From a virus (Duplodnaviria; Caudoviricetes), in the IMG/VR virus record IMGVR_UViG_3300044846_002556, positions 1 to 54,165 of that record: 54,165 bases of DNA, one strand, 5' to 3'. The stretch's first letter is position 1; each line of letters begins with the position of its first letter. Of the stretch, positions 1-8,516 are shown one piece after another. Below the pieces are notes generated by a model. That model was not told where the DNA came from, did no database searches, and worked only from the letters and a program-made list of their open reading frames with translations. The position numbers and the translations under genes were made by a program.

Positions 1-156
1 CCTTGCGGCTGCGCGTTACGGCGGGGCCAAAGGCTTTGAGGCTGCAAAACATCGCATGTTGACTTCGCCCTATTATTCCCGTGCAATCATGCAAGGCGAG
101 GCCCCTGCGCTACATAATGTGCTTGCTGGCCCTGTCGGTGTGTCGGGCGCGGTCAG
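1..156. repeat. Terminal direct repeat (circular overlap), copy 1
   Basis: 1-156 matches 54010-54165 with 3 mismatches (127, 130, 154). Confidence 0.97.
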
Positions 157-189
157 TGCTGCGGAAACTTATAAATCTCGGAGAAAGAA

Positions 190-1278
190 ATGAAAAAGGT
201 AATAGGAGCCTTTGCGGCATTTTTATATAGCACGTCAGCCCTGTGGGGTGCGACTTTGTTGCCGAATGGGCAGCAGCAGTTTATCGACGCGAACGGCAAG
301 CCTTATGCTGCAGGCAAGGTTTTCTTTTACAGCAACTTTCCGACCTGCACGGTTCTGAAAAACACTTATCAGAATGAAGCTGGGACGGTTCTCAATACCA
401 ATCCTGTTATCCTGTCTGCGATGGGCACCGCCACGATCTTTGGCACTGGCGCTTACTGCCAAGTGCTAAAAGACGCAAACAACAATACGATCTGGACAAA
501 ATACACGTCCGACACGTCGAGCGCCTCGAACCTTGGCTGGGGCGGAACGTCTGGTGGCACGGCTAACGCGCAGACTGTAACCGTATCGTCGTTTGCTAGC
601 CTCAACGGGCAGACGTTTTATTTTATCGCAGGTTACACAAATACCGCATCAATGACACTGGCGATCAACGGTGGATCGCCTTTGGCTGTTGTGCGTGACA
701 CCCCGACTGGCACAGCCTTTCTGTCCGGGGGCGAGGTTGTCGCCGGAAACGTGATCGGCATGACCTATACTGCATCAACCGGACAGTTGCATCTTATTAC
801 CAGCAATGTGCAAGCGGGTTATACAGGTGAAGTTCGGACGTTTGCGATGGCATCTTGCCCCGGTGGCTGGCTTTATGCAAACGGTGCATCTGTAAGCGCG
901 ACGACTTACTCAAATCTTTATGCAGCAATCGGCACGACTTGGGGCACGAGCGCTGGCAATGTTGTGCTGCCGGACTTTAGAAATGAGTTTCTGCGGGGTG
1001 ATGGTGCGAGTGCTGTTGGCACTTACGAGGCAAACACTTTTACAAGCCATACGCATACGCCGACTGTGACAAACCCGACTCATACGCATACTTACACGGC
1101 TGGTGGATCTGCGACTGTTGCACTGTCGGCAGGTGGTGTGCCTGTGAACCAATCAGCGCCTGCGGGTGGCAGTGTAACAAGTGCCGATGCTCAGAACACG
1201 TCAGTTACGATTGCAAATACGGGTGGCACGGAAACTCGGCCTAACAACTATCGTGTGAGATTCTGCATTAAGTATTAA
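190..1278 (+). CDS. Tail fibre with N-terminal virion-attachment domain and C-terminal tail-collar domain; predicted signal peptide
   Basis: LLPNGQQQFIDANGKP..GKVFFY attachment-type N-terminus; GEVRTFA..CPGGWLYANG..Y..LYAAIGTTWG..LPDFR..FLRG collar motif; ETRP.N....FCIKY end; GGAG RBS and ATGA overlap with the upstream stop. Confidence 0.8.
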   Translation: MKKVIGAFAAFLYSTSALWGATLLPNGQQQFIDANGKPYAAGKVFFYSNFPTCTVLKNTYQNEAGTVLNTNPVILSAMGTATIFGTGAYCQVLKDANNNTIWTKYTSDTSSASNLGWGGTSGGTANAQTVTVSSFASLNGQTFYFIAGYTNTASMTLAINGGSPLAVVRDTPTGTAFLSGGEVVAGNVIGMTYTASTGQLHLITSNVQAGYTGEVRTFAMASCPGGWLYANGASVSATTYSNLYAAIGTTWGTSAGNVVLPDFRNEFLRGDGASAVGTYEANTFTSHTHTPTVTNPTHTHTYTAGGSATVALSAGGVPVNQSAPAGGSVTSADAQNTSVTIANTGGTETRPNNYRVRFCIKY

Positions 1279-1297
1279 GCCCATCTGATAGGAAGTG

Positions 1298-1320
1298 TGG
1301 GGTGGCTCTAGCCCACCCCA
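1298..1320. terminator. Hairpin at the convergence of the two transcription arms
   Basis: TGGGGTGG..CCACCCCA stem overlapping the stop codon of the ATPase gene. Confidence 0.4.
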
Positions 1321-2498
1321 TGCAATTCTCTTGCGCGCGGGACGTAGTTATCAGACCCCGCTTGACGCTCTAAAATCCCAGACTTTTCCATCAACGACAT
1401 GATCTTTTCGGCTTTCTCGGCAGGGGTGCGCTGCGAGAGGAAGCGCAGGATTGTTGCGCCTGCGATTGGTGTGCGCGCTTTCATATACATGCTGAATAGA
1501 TACTGGAAAGTTTCTTCGATCACTTGGTCGTCGGAGCGCATAATCATGTCGCGGAAGATTTGTGGCATGAGAGCCTCGATCTCTAACAACCAACCGCGAG
1601 CGCGTTCGACATCTTGTAGGCGAATGGCGAGTTCTTCACCGCGAGAAAGCGCAGAAACCATTGCGAGCTTGACGGCAAAGATCGTCCCCCGGCGCGGCAC
1701 GTAGTTGGCAAGTTTGGGATGGTCTGGTATCGGCCCCCATTTGTCTTTGCGCCAACGCTCCATGTCAGCAATCGCTGCTGCATCCCATTTCATTTCGCCA
1801 TAATAATCAGCGCAATCGTTTAGCTTTGCCACGAGTTTCTTTTGCAGCCCATCCATATTTTTGTATTCACCAAAGAGCGCAACGTCTGGCATGGTGGATG
1901 AATAGACCATGAGCATTCGAGAGGTCCAACCCATTGTCCAAGCGGCCTCCGGGAGCAAGGTCGCAAGAAATCCTGGCTGCGAGCCTATGAGGAGCGTGGT
2001 CATGGGATTTGAAATGTCGATTGGCTCTTTGAGGGAATGGCGGCGTTCTTCTCGATAGGACTCTTTGTGGTCGAACAATTCGTTGATGATGGAAAGAAAG
2101 TTTAGATCGTGCGAGTTAATAAAGACCCCTAGCTCTGCGGCGAACACGAAAAGGTGATGGTATGTCAGAGTGCCGGAGTTGTTGGGTTTTAGTTTGATAC
2201 GTGCGGCGTTTGTTAAAGCGTCGATGTAGGAAGCTGCGGTGACGCTGTTCGGTGCAATCGCAAACTTCTTTGTGGCCTTGAGCAACTGTTCAGCAGGATT
2301 GATCGCCTGTGATTTGCCGACTCCCGGCGGGGCGACGAGCATAGTGTAGAGGTTTGCGTATTGCGGGCCAGCTTTGGTCTTGGTCCAGACACGCTTTTCG
2401 AGAGCGCCAGAAAGGGTCGTGATCGCGGCCCATTTGCGGAAAAGTTCTGGCGAGGGGCGTTCGTCTGTGAACGCCACATAAGTGTCGATGAAATCCAA
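1308..2498 (-). CDS. DUF3987-type P-loop ATPase, putative replicative helicase
   Basis: Walker A APPGVGKS; N-terminal SPELFRKWAAI..SGALEKRVW; adjacent to the DNA polymerase gene. Confidence 0.7.
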   Translation of the reverse strand: MDFIDTYVAFTDERPSPELFRKWAAITTLSGALEKRVWTKTKAGPQYANLYTMLVAPPGVGKSQAINPAEQLLKATKKFAIAPNSVTAASYIDALTNAARIKLKPNNSGTLTYHHLFVFAAELGVFINSHDLNFLSIINELFDHKESYREERRHSLKEPIDISNPMTTLLIGSQPGFLATLLPEAAWTMGWTSRMLMVYSSTMPDVALFGEYKNMDGLQKKLVAKLNDCADYYGEMKWDAAAIADMERWRKDKWGPIPDHPKLANYVPRRGTIFAVKLAMVSALSRGEELAIRLQDVERARGWLLEIEALMPQIFRDMIMRSDDQVIEETFQYLFSMYMKARTPIAGATILRFLSQRTPAEKAEKIMSLMEKSGILERQAGSDNYVPRARELHGVG

Positions 2499-2519
2499 CG
2501 GAGGCCCCTTAAAATATTT

Positions 2520-4001
2520 TTATAGTTTCTGGGAAAGGAATGGAGTGCGTTTGCGCTCGTCCTTTTTGTTTTTCCATTTAGCAAGGCCATCGGGGTTGGA
2601 TTGAGGATCAAAGTTTCCCCAATTCCAGCCGACTTTGGCCTCTCCCGGCACCACAAGTTTGTGCCCAGAGTGTTCAAACGCGAGATCGAAATACGAAAGG
2701 GCTTGTGTTATGACTTCAACTTCATCGAGCTTTTCAGGATACTGGAAGTAAACGGCATCGTGCACTTGAGCGATCAACTGTATTTCAGGCATGTGATACC
2801 ATATGCGCCACATGACCAAATTCAACCTGTCCGCCGTCGCGCTCTGCGGTGAAAATGCAATCGCCTCCCGTAGTGTCGTGTCGTCGTTCGAGCGCCCGAA
2901 GAACGTGCGTTCTCGTCCGAGCGGAGTGACGATGCGGTGGGAGGTTTGGAGTTGTTGAGCGACCCATCTATGCCACTTTGGTATTCCGGCAAATCTGTCG
3001 AAGTATCGCTTTTGGAATTGCTCTGCGACTGCAACGGGGAGCTTGGCATGTCGGGCCATGGTCGGAGGTAGTCCGCGATAATTGCTTCCGTGGCCGAGTT
3101 TCTTCGCCATGTCGCGGTAGGTGAGGTGACGGTAGAAGGGTGTGTCTGCGATTGCGCGGTCTTTTTTGGGATCGTCTGTCCATTCCAATTCGGGCCAAGC
3201 AGTCCGTGCAACAAGAGTGTGAAGATCGCCACTATAGCAGGCGTCCAGATAAGACCAATCACCACAAATGGTGCCTGAAAGCCATCCCACTTCTCTGGAC
3301 TCTGCTTGTTCAAGGTCGATGCCGCAGATTTTGTATCCAGGGTCAGCCACAAACATCTTACGCAAAGACGATGTAATATTTTGTAAGTTTGTGCCAGTGC
3401 CGAAAGCATTTGTGCTCGAAGAAAAGCGGCCTGTTTCTGTTCCTGCGACATTGTAAGAAGTCCTCATTCGCCCGTCAGCATCGACTTCGGTGTTAAGAAC
3501 TGAGAGTTGTTTGACGGCATCTCGTATAGATAAGATTGTTGCAACAATAGGTCTGGCGTGAAAATAATTGTCGAGCTTTTCAAGGGCCTCTCGATCCATG
3601 GAGAGTTTTCGCTCTCCTTTCTTTGAGGTCCAGATTTCAGGAATGCCCATTGCGCCGAAGAAAAATTCTTGCAGCATTTTAGGGGAGTTGGCTTTGAGAG
3701 GCTTGTCCCAAACAGCGTTAGACAAACGGTTGAGCAAAATAGTAAGACGTTCGATCTCGACATTGAGAGCCTCGATACCTTTTTGACGTTCGTAGTTGTC
3801 GATGCGGAAGCCTAACTGCATCATCGCCATGACAGGTGCTTGCAGGGCGCGGGCGAAATTGTAAATGCGCGGGGGAGCGCCGAGCGCTCGAATGGCGTCC
3901 AAGACTTCATGCGTGATGCAATTATCTAATCCATTATAGATCTGCTCATTCTCAGGCAGCGTAATGCCTTCTTGCAAAAGCGATGTATCAATAATTGGCA
4001 T
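2520..4001 (-). CDS. polA: DNA polymerase family A, polymerase subunit (carries the ExoIII motif at its N-terminus)
   Basis: TETGRFSS, NLQN, motif A DLEQAESR, motif B RDMAKKLGHGSNY, motif C QVHDA; N-terminal YNGLD. Confidence 0.95.
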   Translation of the reverse strand: MPIIDTSLLQEGITLPENEQIYNGLDNCITHEVLDAIRALGAPPRIYNFARALQAPVMAMMQLGFRIDNYERQKGIEALNVEIERLTILLNRLSNAVWDKPLKANSPKMLQEFFFGAMGIPEIWTSKKGERKLSMDREALEKLDNYFHARPIVATILSIRDAVKQLSVLNTEVDADGRMRTSYNVAGTETGRFSSSTNAFGTGTNLQNITSSLRKMFVADPGYKICGIDLEQAESREVGWLSGTICGDWSYLDACYSGDLHTLVARTAWPELEWTDDPKKDRAIADTPFYRHLTYRDMAKKLGHGSNYRGLPPTMARHAKLPVAVAEQFQKRYFDRFAGIPKWHRWVAQQLQTSHRIVTPLGRERTFFGRSNDDTTLREAIAFSPQSATADRLNLVMWRIWYHMPEIQLIAQVHDAVYFQYPEKLDEVEVITQALSYFDLAFEHSGHKLVVPGEAKVGWNWGNFDPQSNPDGLAKWKNKKDERKRTPFLSQKL

Positions 4002-4446
4002 TTCGTGCCTCGTTGACTCTGAGTTCAGCTTCTTCTTTTGTTTTTGTATAACCTAAATACTTTCGAGGTTTATCAGACATGTCGATATAACATGACCAAA
4101 GATTTGCTCGTTTATTATAGCAATAGCCAATCCTGTTTTTGTGGCGAGACGTATTTCGCATGTTAGTAAAATGGTCAACTATTCTTAAGTTCTCTTTTCG
4201 ATTGTCGAGAGGATTACCGTTTATGTGATCTACTTCTTTGCCTTCTGCTTTTAATTGAGCAGGGTCTACATTAAGAACAGCATGATGTAAGTATATTTGT
4301 TTTACTTTTCCTTCCACACGGTATTGACGGCAAGCTCTAACTTGATACCCATTAACATTAGCCATCCATTTATTTGCAGATAGTTTTTCAAAATCAGCGT
4401 CATCAAGTAACGCGGAATATCCACGAGTAAGCTGAAGTTCTTTCAT
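3988..4446 (-). CDS. HNH homing endonuclease
   Basis: VDHINGNPLDNRKENLR motif with AP2-like C-terminus; locally AT-rich. Confidence 0.88.
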   Translation of the reverse strand: MKELQLTRGYSALLDDADFEKLSANKWMANVNGYQVRACRQYRVEGKVKQIYLHHAVLNVDPAQLKAEGKEVDHINGNPLDNRKENLRIVDHFTNMRNTSRHKNRIGYCYNKRANLWSCYIDMSDKPRKYLGYTKTKEEAELRVNEARNANY

Positions 4447-4557
4447 TTAGAATATCCAGATTAAAGCCGAGAAGAAAAGCCACGCAGCAAGAGCACTTTC
4501 GCTGCCCGTCATAACGTAATGTGCCATAGCAGCAACAGATAAAATAGCTACAATCAT
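4447..4557 (-). CDS. Small hydrophobic membrane peptide (36 aa)
   Basis: MIVAILSVAAM...WLFFSALIWIF; GGGAGA RBS upstream. Confidence 0.45.
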   Translation of the reverse strand: MIVAILSVAAMAHYVMTGSESALAAWLFFSALIWIF

Positions 4558-4559
4558 GC

Positions 4560-4781
4560 CTATAATCTCCCACGCACTTGAAGAGCGTTGAATATTCTGC
4601 GCCAAATATAGCTCCTTACAATACTTACAGCAGTAAATATTGCGGTGATTGTTAGATTTTGGTGGAATGAAGGGTAAAATTGAAACCATGGGAATACCAC
4701 CCATTGAGTTAAAAGTGAAGTCAAAAAGCCCGAACTGGTATTTAACAGGGCTTCGATAAGAGAGTGTTTTCTGGATTGCAT
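4560..4781 (-). CDS. Small membrane protein, common phage family (DUF7220-like)
   Basis: MQSRKHSLIEA..N...GF....F...IT.IFT.VSIVRSY.WRR.F pattern; two hydrophobic segments. Confidence 0.7.
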   Translation of the reverse strand: MQSRKHSLIEALLNTSSGFLTSLLTQWVVFPWFQFYPSFHQNLTITAIFTAVSIVRSYIWRRIFNALQVRGRL

Positions 4782-5837
4782 TTAATCATCCTTCTTCATC
4801 TCCGTAATTTTCTTTCCTCGCATCATTTTCCAAGCAGGTTCACTTGTATAAATCGAGCCTAAAAAGCCTAAACCCTTTTGCATCTCCGGGTAGAGTGCAT
4901 GATGGTATAACATAGTGTCCTCTGAACAATTTCTGGGACGATACCCTTCCTTCATTAAATACTGGAGATCATAAAGACCGTTTTGAAATATCTTTACGAT
5001 GGCTGGATTTTCCAAAAGGCTTCGCACAATGTTACGAGCGTCTTTTTCAAGCGAGGCGCTAGGCCAGTAGTTGCCCCCTTTTGTGCGATCCCAGAAGGGA
5101 ACGACCATTGCGTGAGTGTGATCTGCAGAAAATCCAACCATCTCGATCATGCCGTATTTTGTTTCGATGTCGCAGGCACATTCGTTTTTGACATGAGTTG
5201 TAATCCACTCTTGGCATTCTGCTATAGTGGGGTTTACAAGTATGAAACGCTGCGGGCGTCTAATCTCTGGATAAGCACTTTCACGCTTCGCCTTTATTAA
5301 ATCCGCGAGGGCAATCGGTCGCCAGGCCCAATTACGCAAGACCGCCGCTGGGTGATAGGTTGGGAGGACTTTGCTGCTAACAAGAGTTCCTGTTGCCACT
5401 GTTCCGCGTAAAGCTCCAATACCGTTAGTGCCAAGCAAAGCCCAACAAGCTGTAGCGCCCAAAGCGATAACGAGATTAGGACGAACTTCTTCCAATTCTT
5501 CACGGAGGCGCTCCAACTCTGAAAGGTATTCGGGGGCGAGGTATTGACCGACTTTGCCCAGATGGGGATGGGGATAATCGTCACCGCAATCTGCTTTCTT
5601 CACGCAGAGTGCTTGAAGGTCGTTGTTCGGGGGGCGCAGCGCCAGCACGTTTGTCAAAAAGCATTCGCGTCGGGAAAGGCCAGCCTCTTGCAACATGCGA
5701 GTCAATTCTTGACCGCTGTAGCCTTGGAATGGTTTTCCGATGAGTGCCTCTTGTTCACCCCATGCTTCTCCCACTATCGCAATCTTTGCGTCTTTGGGTC
5801 CGCTGGTGTGTGCAAATGCTGGCGCTGCGTTGTGCAT
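4782..5837 (-). CDS. Uracil-DNA-glycosylase (family 4-like) domain fused to a partial 3'-5' exonuclease; N-terminal half of the split DNA polymerase
   Basis: IVGEAWG, F.G.SG, TNV, RPPNN, LG..A, TYHPAAVLR (UDG); CDIET (ExoI), QNGLYD (ExoII), DTML. Confidence 0.88.
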   Translation of the reverse strand: MHNAAPAFAHTSGPKDAKIAIVGEAWGEQEALIGKPFQGYSGQELTRMLQEAGLSRRECFLTNVLALRPPNNDLQALCVKKADCGDDYPHPHLGKVGQYLAPEYLSELERLREELEEVRPNLVIALGATACWALLGTNGIGALRGTVATGTLVSSKVLPTYHPAAVLRNWAWRPIALADLIKAKRESAYPEIRRPQRFILVNPTIAECQEWITTHVKNECACDIETKYGMIEMVGFSADHTHAMVVPFWDRTKGGNYWPSASLEKDARNIVRSLLENPAIVKIFQNGLYDLQYLMKEGYRPRNCSEDTMLYHHALYPEMQKGLGFLGSIYTSEPAWKMMRGKKITEMKKDD

Positions 5838-5838
5838 T

Positions 5839-6081
5839 TTACTGCTGCTTTACAGTTAGTGCCTTGACAAGCCACATGCAGCCTTCTTCAAAAGCTGTGG
5901 CGGCGTTTCCAAACAATCTTTCTTCTTCTTGCAGAAGAACGGTGTCTGGTTTGGCGGGAGTCATGTTGTAGCAAAAGTCGATCATTTCCGCGCACAGACG
6001 TTTTGCTTCTTTCACGTCTGCTTGCTCGGAAGGGTTGAAGGACTTGCGGACGATTTTCTCGCCATAGGTTAATTCAGGCAT
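5839..6081 (-). CDS. Acb2/Tad1-like helical hairpin protein, candidate anti-defence nucleotide sponge
   Basis: 80 aa; GE..VR.SFNPS....V...K...A..ID and R....A.T..E...MW.VKA.T pattern. Confidence 0.6.
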   Translation of the reverse strand: MPELTYGEKIVRKSFNPSEQADVKEAKRLCAEMIDFCYNMTPAKPDTVLLQEEERLFGNAATAFEEGCMWLVKALTVKQQ

Positions 6082-6518
6082 CAGCGGTTTTCCTCGGCCA
6101 CAATCGCCAGCAGCAGCAGGCTGTAAACAACCATGTCGTCGATGCGATCACGGATGGGCTCGCTCCGGGCGCGGTTTTTGTTTTCACGAACATCCTTCAC
6201 ATACTGCGTGATGGTGTCGATGTGCTTGCCAGCAAGAAAGAACCATGCGGTTGACATGGGGACGCCCTGCTGATCCGCGAGGCGACGGAAGTTCGCCAAA
6301 ATATCAGCCTTGTCGCCATACTCAGCGTTCTTCGTGGCGAAAAGTTTTTCAGCCCGCTTCATGGCGTCTGCAATGATGGTGAGCTGCGGGTTGCTGTTTG
6401 TAACGGGGGTCGGGACTTTGTTCACGGCAGGCTCCTTGTTGGCTGTCGGCTTGATGTCAGCAATGGTTTCGTAAAGTTCGTGAATGTTGATGCGTTCAGC
6501 TAGATTTTCCTGTGTCAT
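6081..6518 (-). CDS. All-alpha nucleotide-modification-associated / NTP-pyrophosphohydrolase-like protein (DUF1599/Nmad1-like)
   Basis: KNAEYG....LANF, KH, EPIRDRIDD...Y..LL motifs; start set at the ATG after an AGGAG RBS. Confidence 0.55.
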   Translation of the reverse strand: MTQENLAERINIHELYETIADIKPTANKEPAVNKVPTPVTNSNPQLTIIADAMKRAEKLFATKNAEYGDKADILANFRRLADQQGVPMSTAWFFLAGKHIDTITQYVKDVRENKNRARSEPIRDRIDDMVVYSLLLLAIVAEENR

Positions 6519-7947
6519 TCTTTTGCTCCTTTTGCATGGACGATGCTTTGCGTAAAACACGAGAGTGATTGAGGGCTCGCCTCGCGTTCGCCACGTAGTC
6601 ATCGTCAATCTCGAGGCCAAGAACATACTCGGCACCAAGGGCTTCGGCTGCGCGAAGGGATGATCCGCCTCCGCATGTCGGGTCCAGCATACGAGTGTTG
6701 CTGTCCACGAACATTTGTAGGAAGTGCTTTAGAACTGGCTCGGGTTTGGTGTGGGGATGGTTCTCCTTGTTTGTGGGGGACGCAATCGCATTACTGACGG
6801 GTTTCACCAACAGCCGATCCTCTCGGCTGGCGATTAGGGCCGTCTCGTAAATTCTTCTGGGCTCGCGCTTGGGATCAGGCACGATGCCTACGTTGTCGCT
6901 TTTGACCCAGATCAATGGGAAATTGCAGAACGAAAGCTGCGGGGCCAACTCGGCAAACATTTCGAGGGTTTTGGCTTGGATTTTGATGTCGCCAGATAGC
7001 CAAAAGACCAGATGCCCGCTGTGCGCCATGATGCGGTCGAGGTTGGTGCAAAGCGCGTGGATTAGTTTTTCGTAAACGTCCGCAGCGTCGTCGTAGTTGG
7101 ACCAAGACTTTTTGCCTGACCAAGCGCCGCCGAAAACATTCACGCCATAGGGGAAGTCGCAGTGGATGAGATTAAAGGGTTCGCCGCGATAGGCTGGAGC
7201 CCACTCCAAAAAGGACTGCTGGAGGATTGAAGCCTCGGCGGGGGTGATTAGGGGCGCATGTCGGGCACTTTTAGCGGGCGCATCCGGGGATAGGCCGGAG
7301 GATTGATTTTCCGGGGCCGTGGTTGCGTTCAATAGGTCGTCTAGGGGGTCTATACCGGATTGACCCGAAAGCCTATCAGCGACCGCCTCTGTGGCTGTTG
7401 ACAATAGATTGCTAACGGCGTCCGCCGCCACCCGTTCATCCTCTCGCGAGATAAAATTATACGCCCGCGTTGCCGACTCCATCTGGCGCACGTTGTCCCG
7501 GTAAAGTTCCTTGGCGACCCGGCAGCATCGCTGCACCCACGCCGGGGAATACCCCAGGTTTTCGGCGGTCTTTGTGTAATTCCACTCAGGGCCGTTCTGC
7601 TGACCCAGCACTTCATGCAATCCGGCCATCGCCAAACACTGGTCCTGCCAGCCCAAATCTTTGCGGCGCAGATTTTCTTCAAATTCCACAACCCGCTGCT
7701 CGATGGGGGAAAGTTCTGTCAGCAAATGGGCGGGGATTGTGTCGCGACCCAGTTTGGTGCTGGCCGTGTAGCGCCGTTCACCGGCTACAAGTTTGTAAGG
7801 TTGCCCTGCGGGGCCTTCCTCCGGCAAAACAATAATCGGCACCAGCACACCATTGCGCGGAATGCTTTCAAGCAGATCGTCAACGATGATTTCTTTCCGC
7901 TGGCGACTGGCGCGGTCAATCCAAATGTCTTTGAGGGCGATTTCCAT
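6496..7947 (-). CDS. ParB/Srx domain fused to an N6/N4 DNA methyltransferase (beta-class motif order)
   Basis: LVAGERRYTA, EENLRRKDL (ParB); LIHCDFPYG, HPHTKP, LDPTCGGGSS (MTase). Confidence 0.85.
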   Translation of the reverse strand: MEIALKDIWIDRASRQRKEIIVDDLLESIPRNGVLVPIIVLPEEGPAGQPYKLVAGERRYTASTKLGRDTIPAHLLTELSPIEQRVVEFEENLRRKDLGWQDQCLAMAGLHEVLGQQNGPEWNYTKTAENLGYSPAWVQRCCRVAKELYRDNVRQMESATRAYNFISREDERVAADAVSNLLSTATEAVADRLSGQSGIDPLDDLLNATTAPENQSSGLSPDAPAKSARHAPLITPAEASILQQSFLEWAPAYRGEPFNLIHCDFPYGVNVFGGAWSGKKSWSNYDDAADVYEKLIHALCTNLDRIMAHSGHLVFWLSGDIKIQAKTLEMFAELAPQLSFCNFPLIWVKSDNVGIVPDPKREPRRIYETALIASREDRLLVKPVSNAIASPTNKENHPHTKPEPVLKHFLQMFVDSNTRMLDPTCGGGSSLRAAEALGAEYVLGLEIDDDYVANARRALNHSRVLRKASSMQKEQKNDTGKSS

Positions 7948-7969
7948 TTGTAAATTCCTGACAGGTGAG

Positions 7970-7999
7970 TGGGGGAGGCAAAAGGCTCCTGCCTCCCCC
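7970..7999 (-). terminator. GC-rich hairpin downstream of the SSB-like gene
   Basis: GGGGGAGGCA..TGCCTCCCCC 10-bp stem. Confidence 0.55.
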
Positions 8000-8025
8000 G
8001 TTGTTAGGCCAAGGGCCTGTGGCGA

Positions 8026-8463
8026 TTACGCCTCGCCCTTCACGCTCTTGATGTTGTTACGCGGCGGATCATCCGGGCGCTCCGGGTTAAAACGCTGCGT
8101 GATGTAAGCAAGAACGCTCTGTCCAACGGCCTCCGGGATCAACTCGTCAAAAGAAGAACCTTCGGTCTGGAGTCCGAGGCTGACGAGAAAATCTTTCAAG
8201 CGAAAGCGAGCGTCCGGCGTGAGGTAAAAGTCCGTGGACAGCTTGCGGCTCGACAGGTCAATGTCCGCGAGGTCCTTCGGGTCAACGTCATCGCTGGCCG
8301 AATGGAACTTCAAACCAAAACGCACGTAAGGGGTTTTGTTCTTGTTATTGTCTCCGTATTCGAAAGAAGCGATAGTGCCGTGATAAGTGCCTTCGGGGAG
8401 AGCGAGAGGAGCCTTGACATCATCGAGTTTGGTTGAGAGCAGTTCTTTGAAATTAACAGACAT
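8026..8463 (-). CDS. Putative single-stranded DNA-binding protein (DUF669-like OB fold)
   Basis: LPEGTY...I; located after the AAA ATPase and nuclease genes. Confidence 0.6.
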   Translation of the reverse strand: MSVNFKELLSTKLDDVKAPLALPEGTYHGTIASFEYGDNNKNKTPYVRFGLKFHSASDDVDPKDLADIDLSSRKLSTDFYLTPDARFRLKDFLVSLGLQTEGSSFDELIPEAVGQSVLAYITQRFNPERPDDPPRNNIKSVKGEA

Positions 8464-8516
8464 GGTTTACTCCATAGTGATATGCCCCGTGAGGGGCGAG
8501 CATTGACGCATTCGCG

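Noticed and set aside
1-156. Biological direct terminal repeat
   Set aside because: It falls inside a coding gene and contains strain-like SNPs; more consistent with assembly circularisation
4002-4781. Group I intron or split intein interrupting polA
   Set aside because: The insert is filled by RBS-bearing, coupled ORFs; I saw no intron core or intein terminal motifs, and both halves have their own start and stop (not formally excluded without RNA data)
6496-7947. ParB as a plasmid-prophage partition system
   Set aside because: No ParA or repressor/integrase module was seen; the ParB/Srx domain is fused to a methyltransferase
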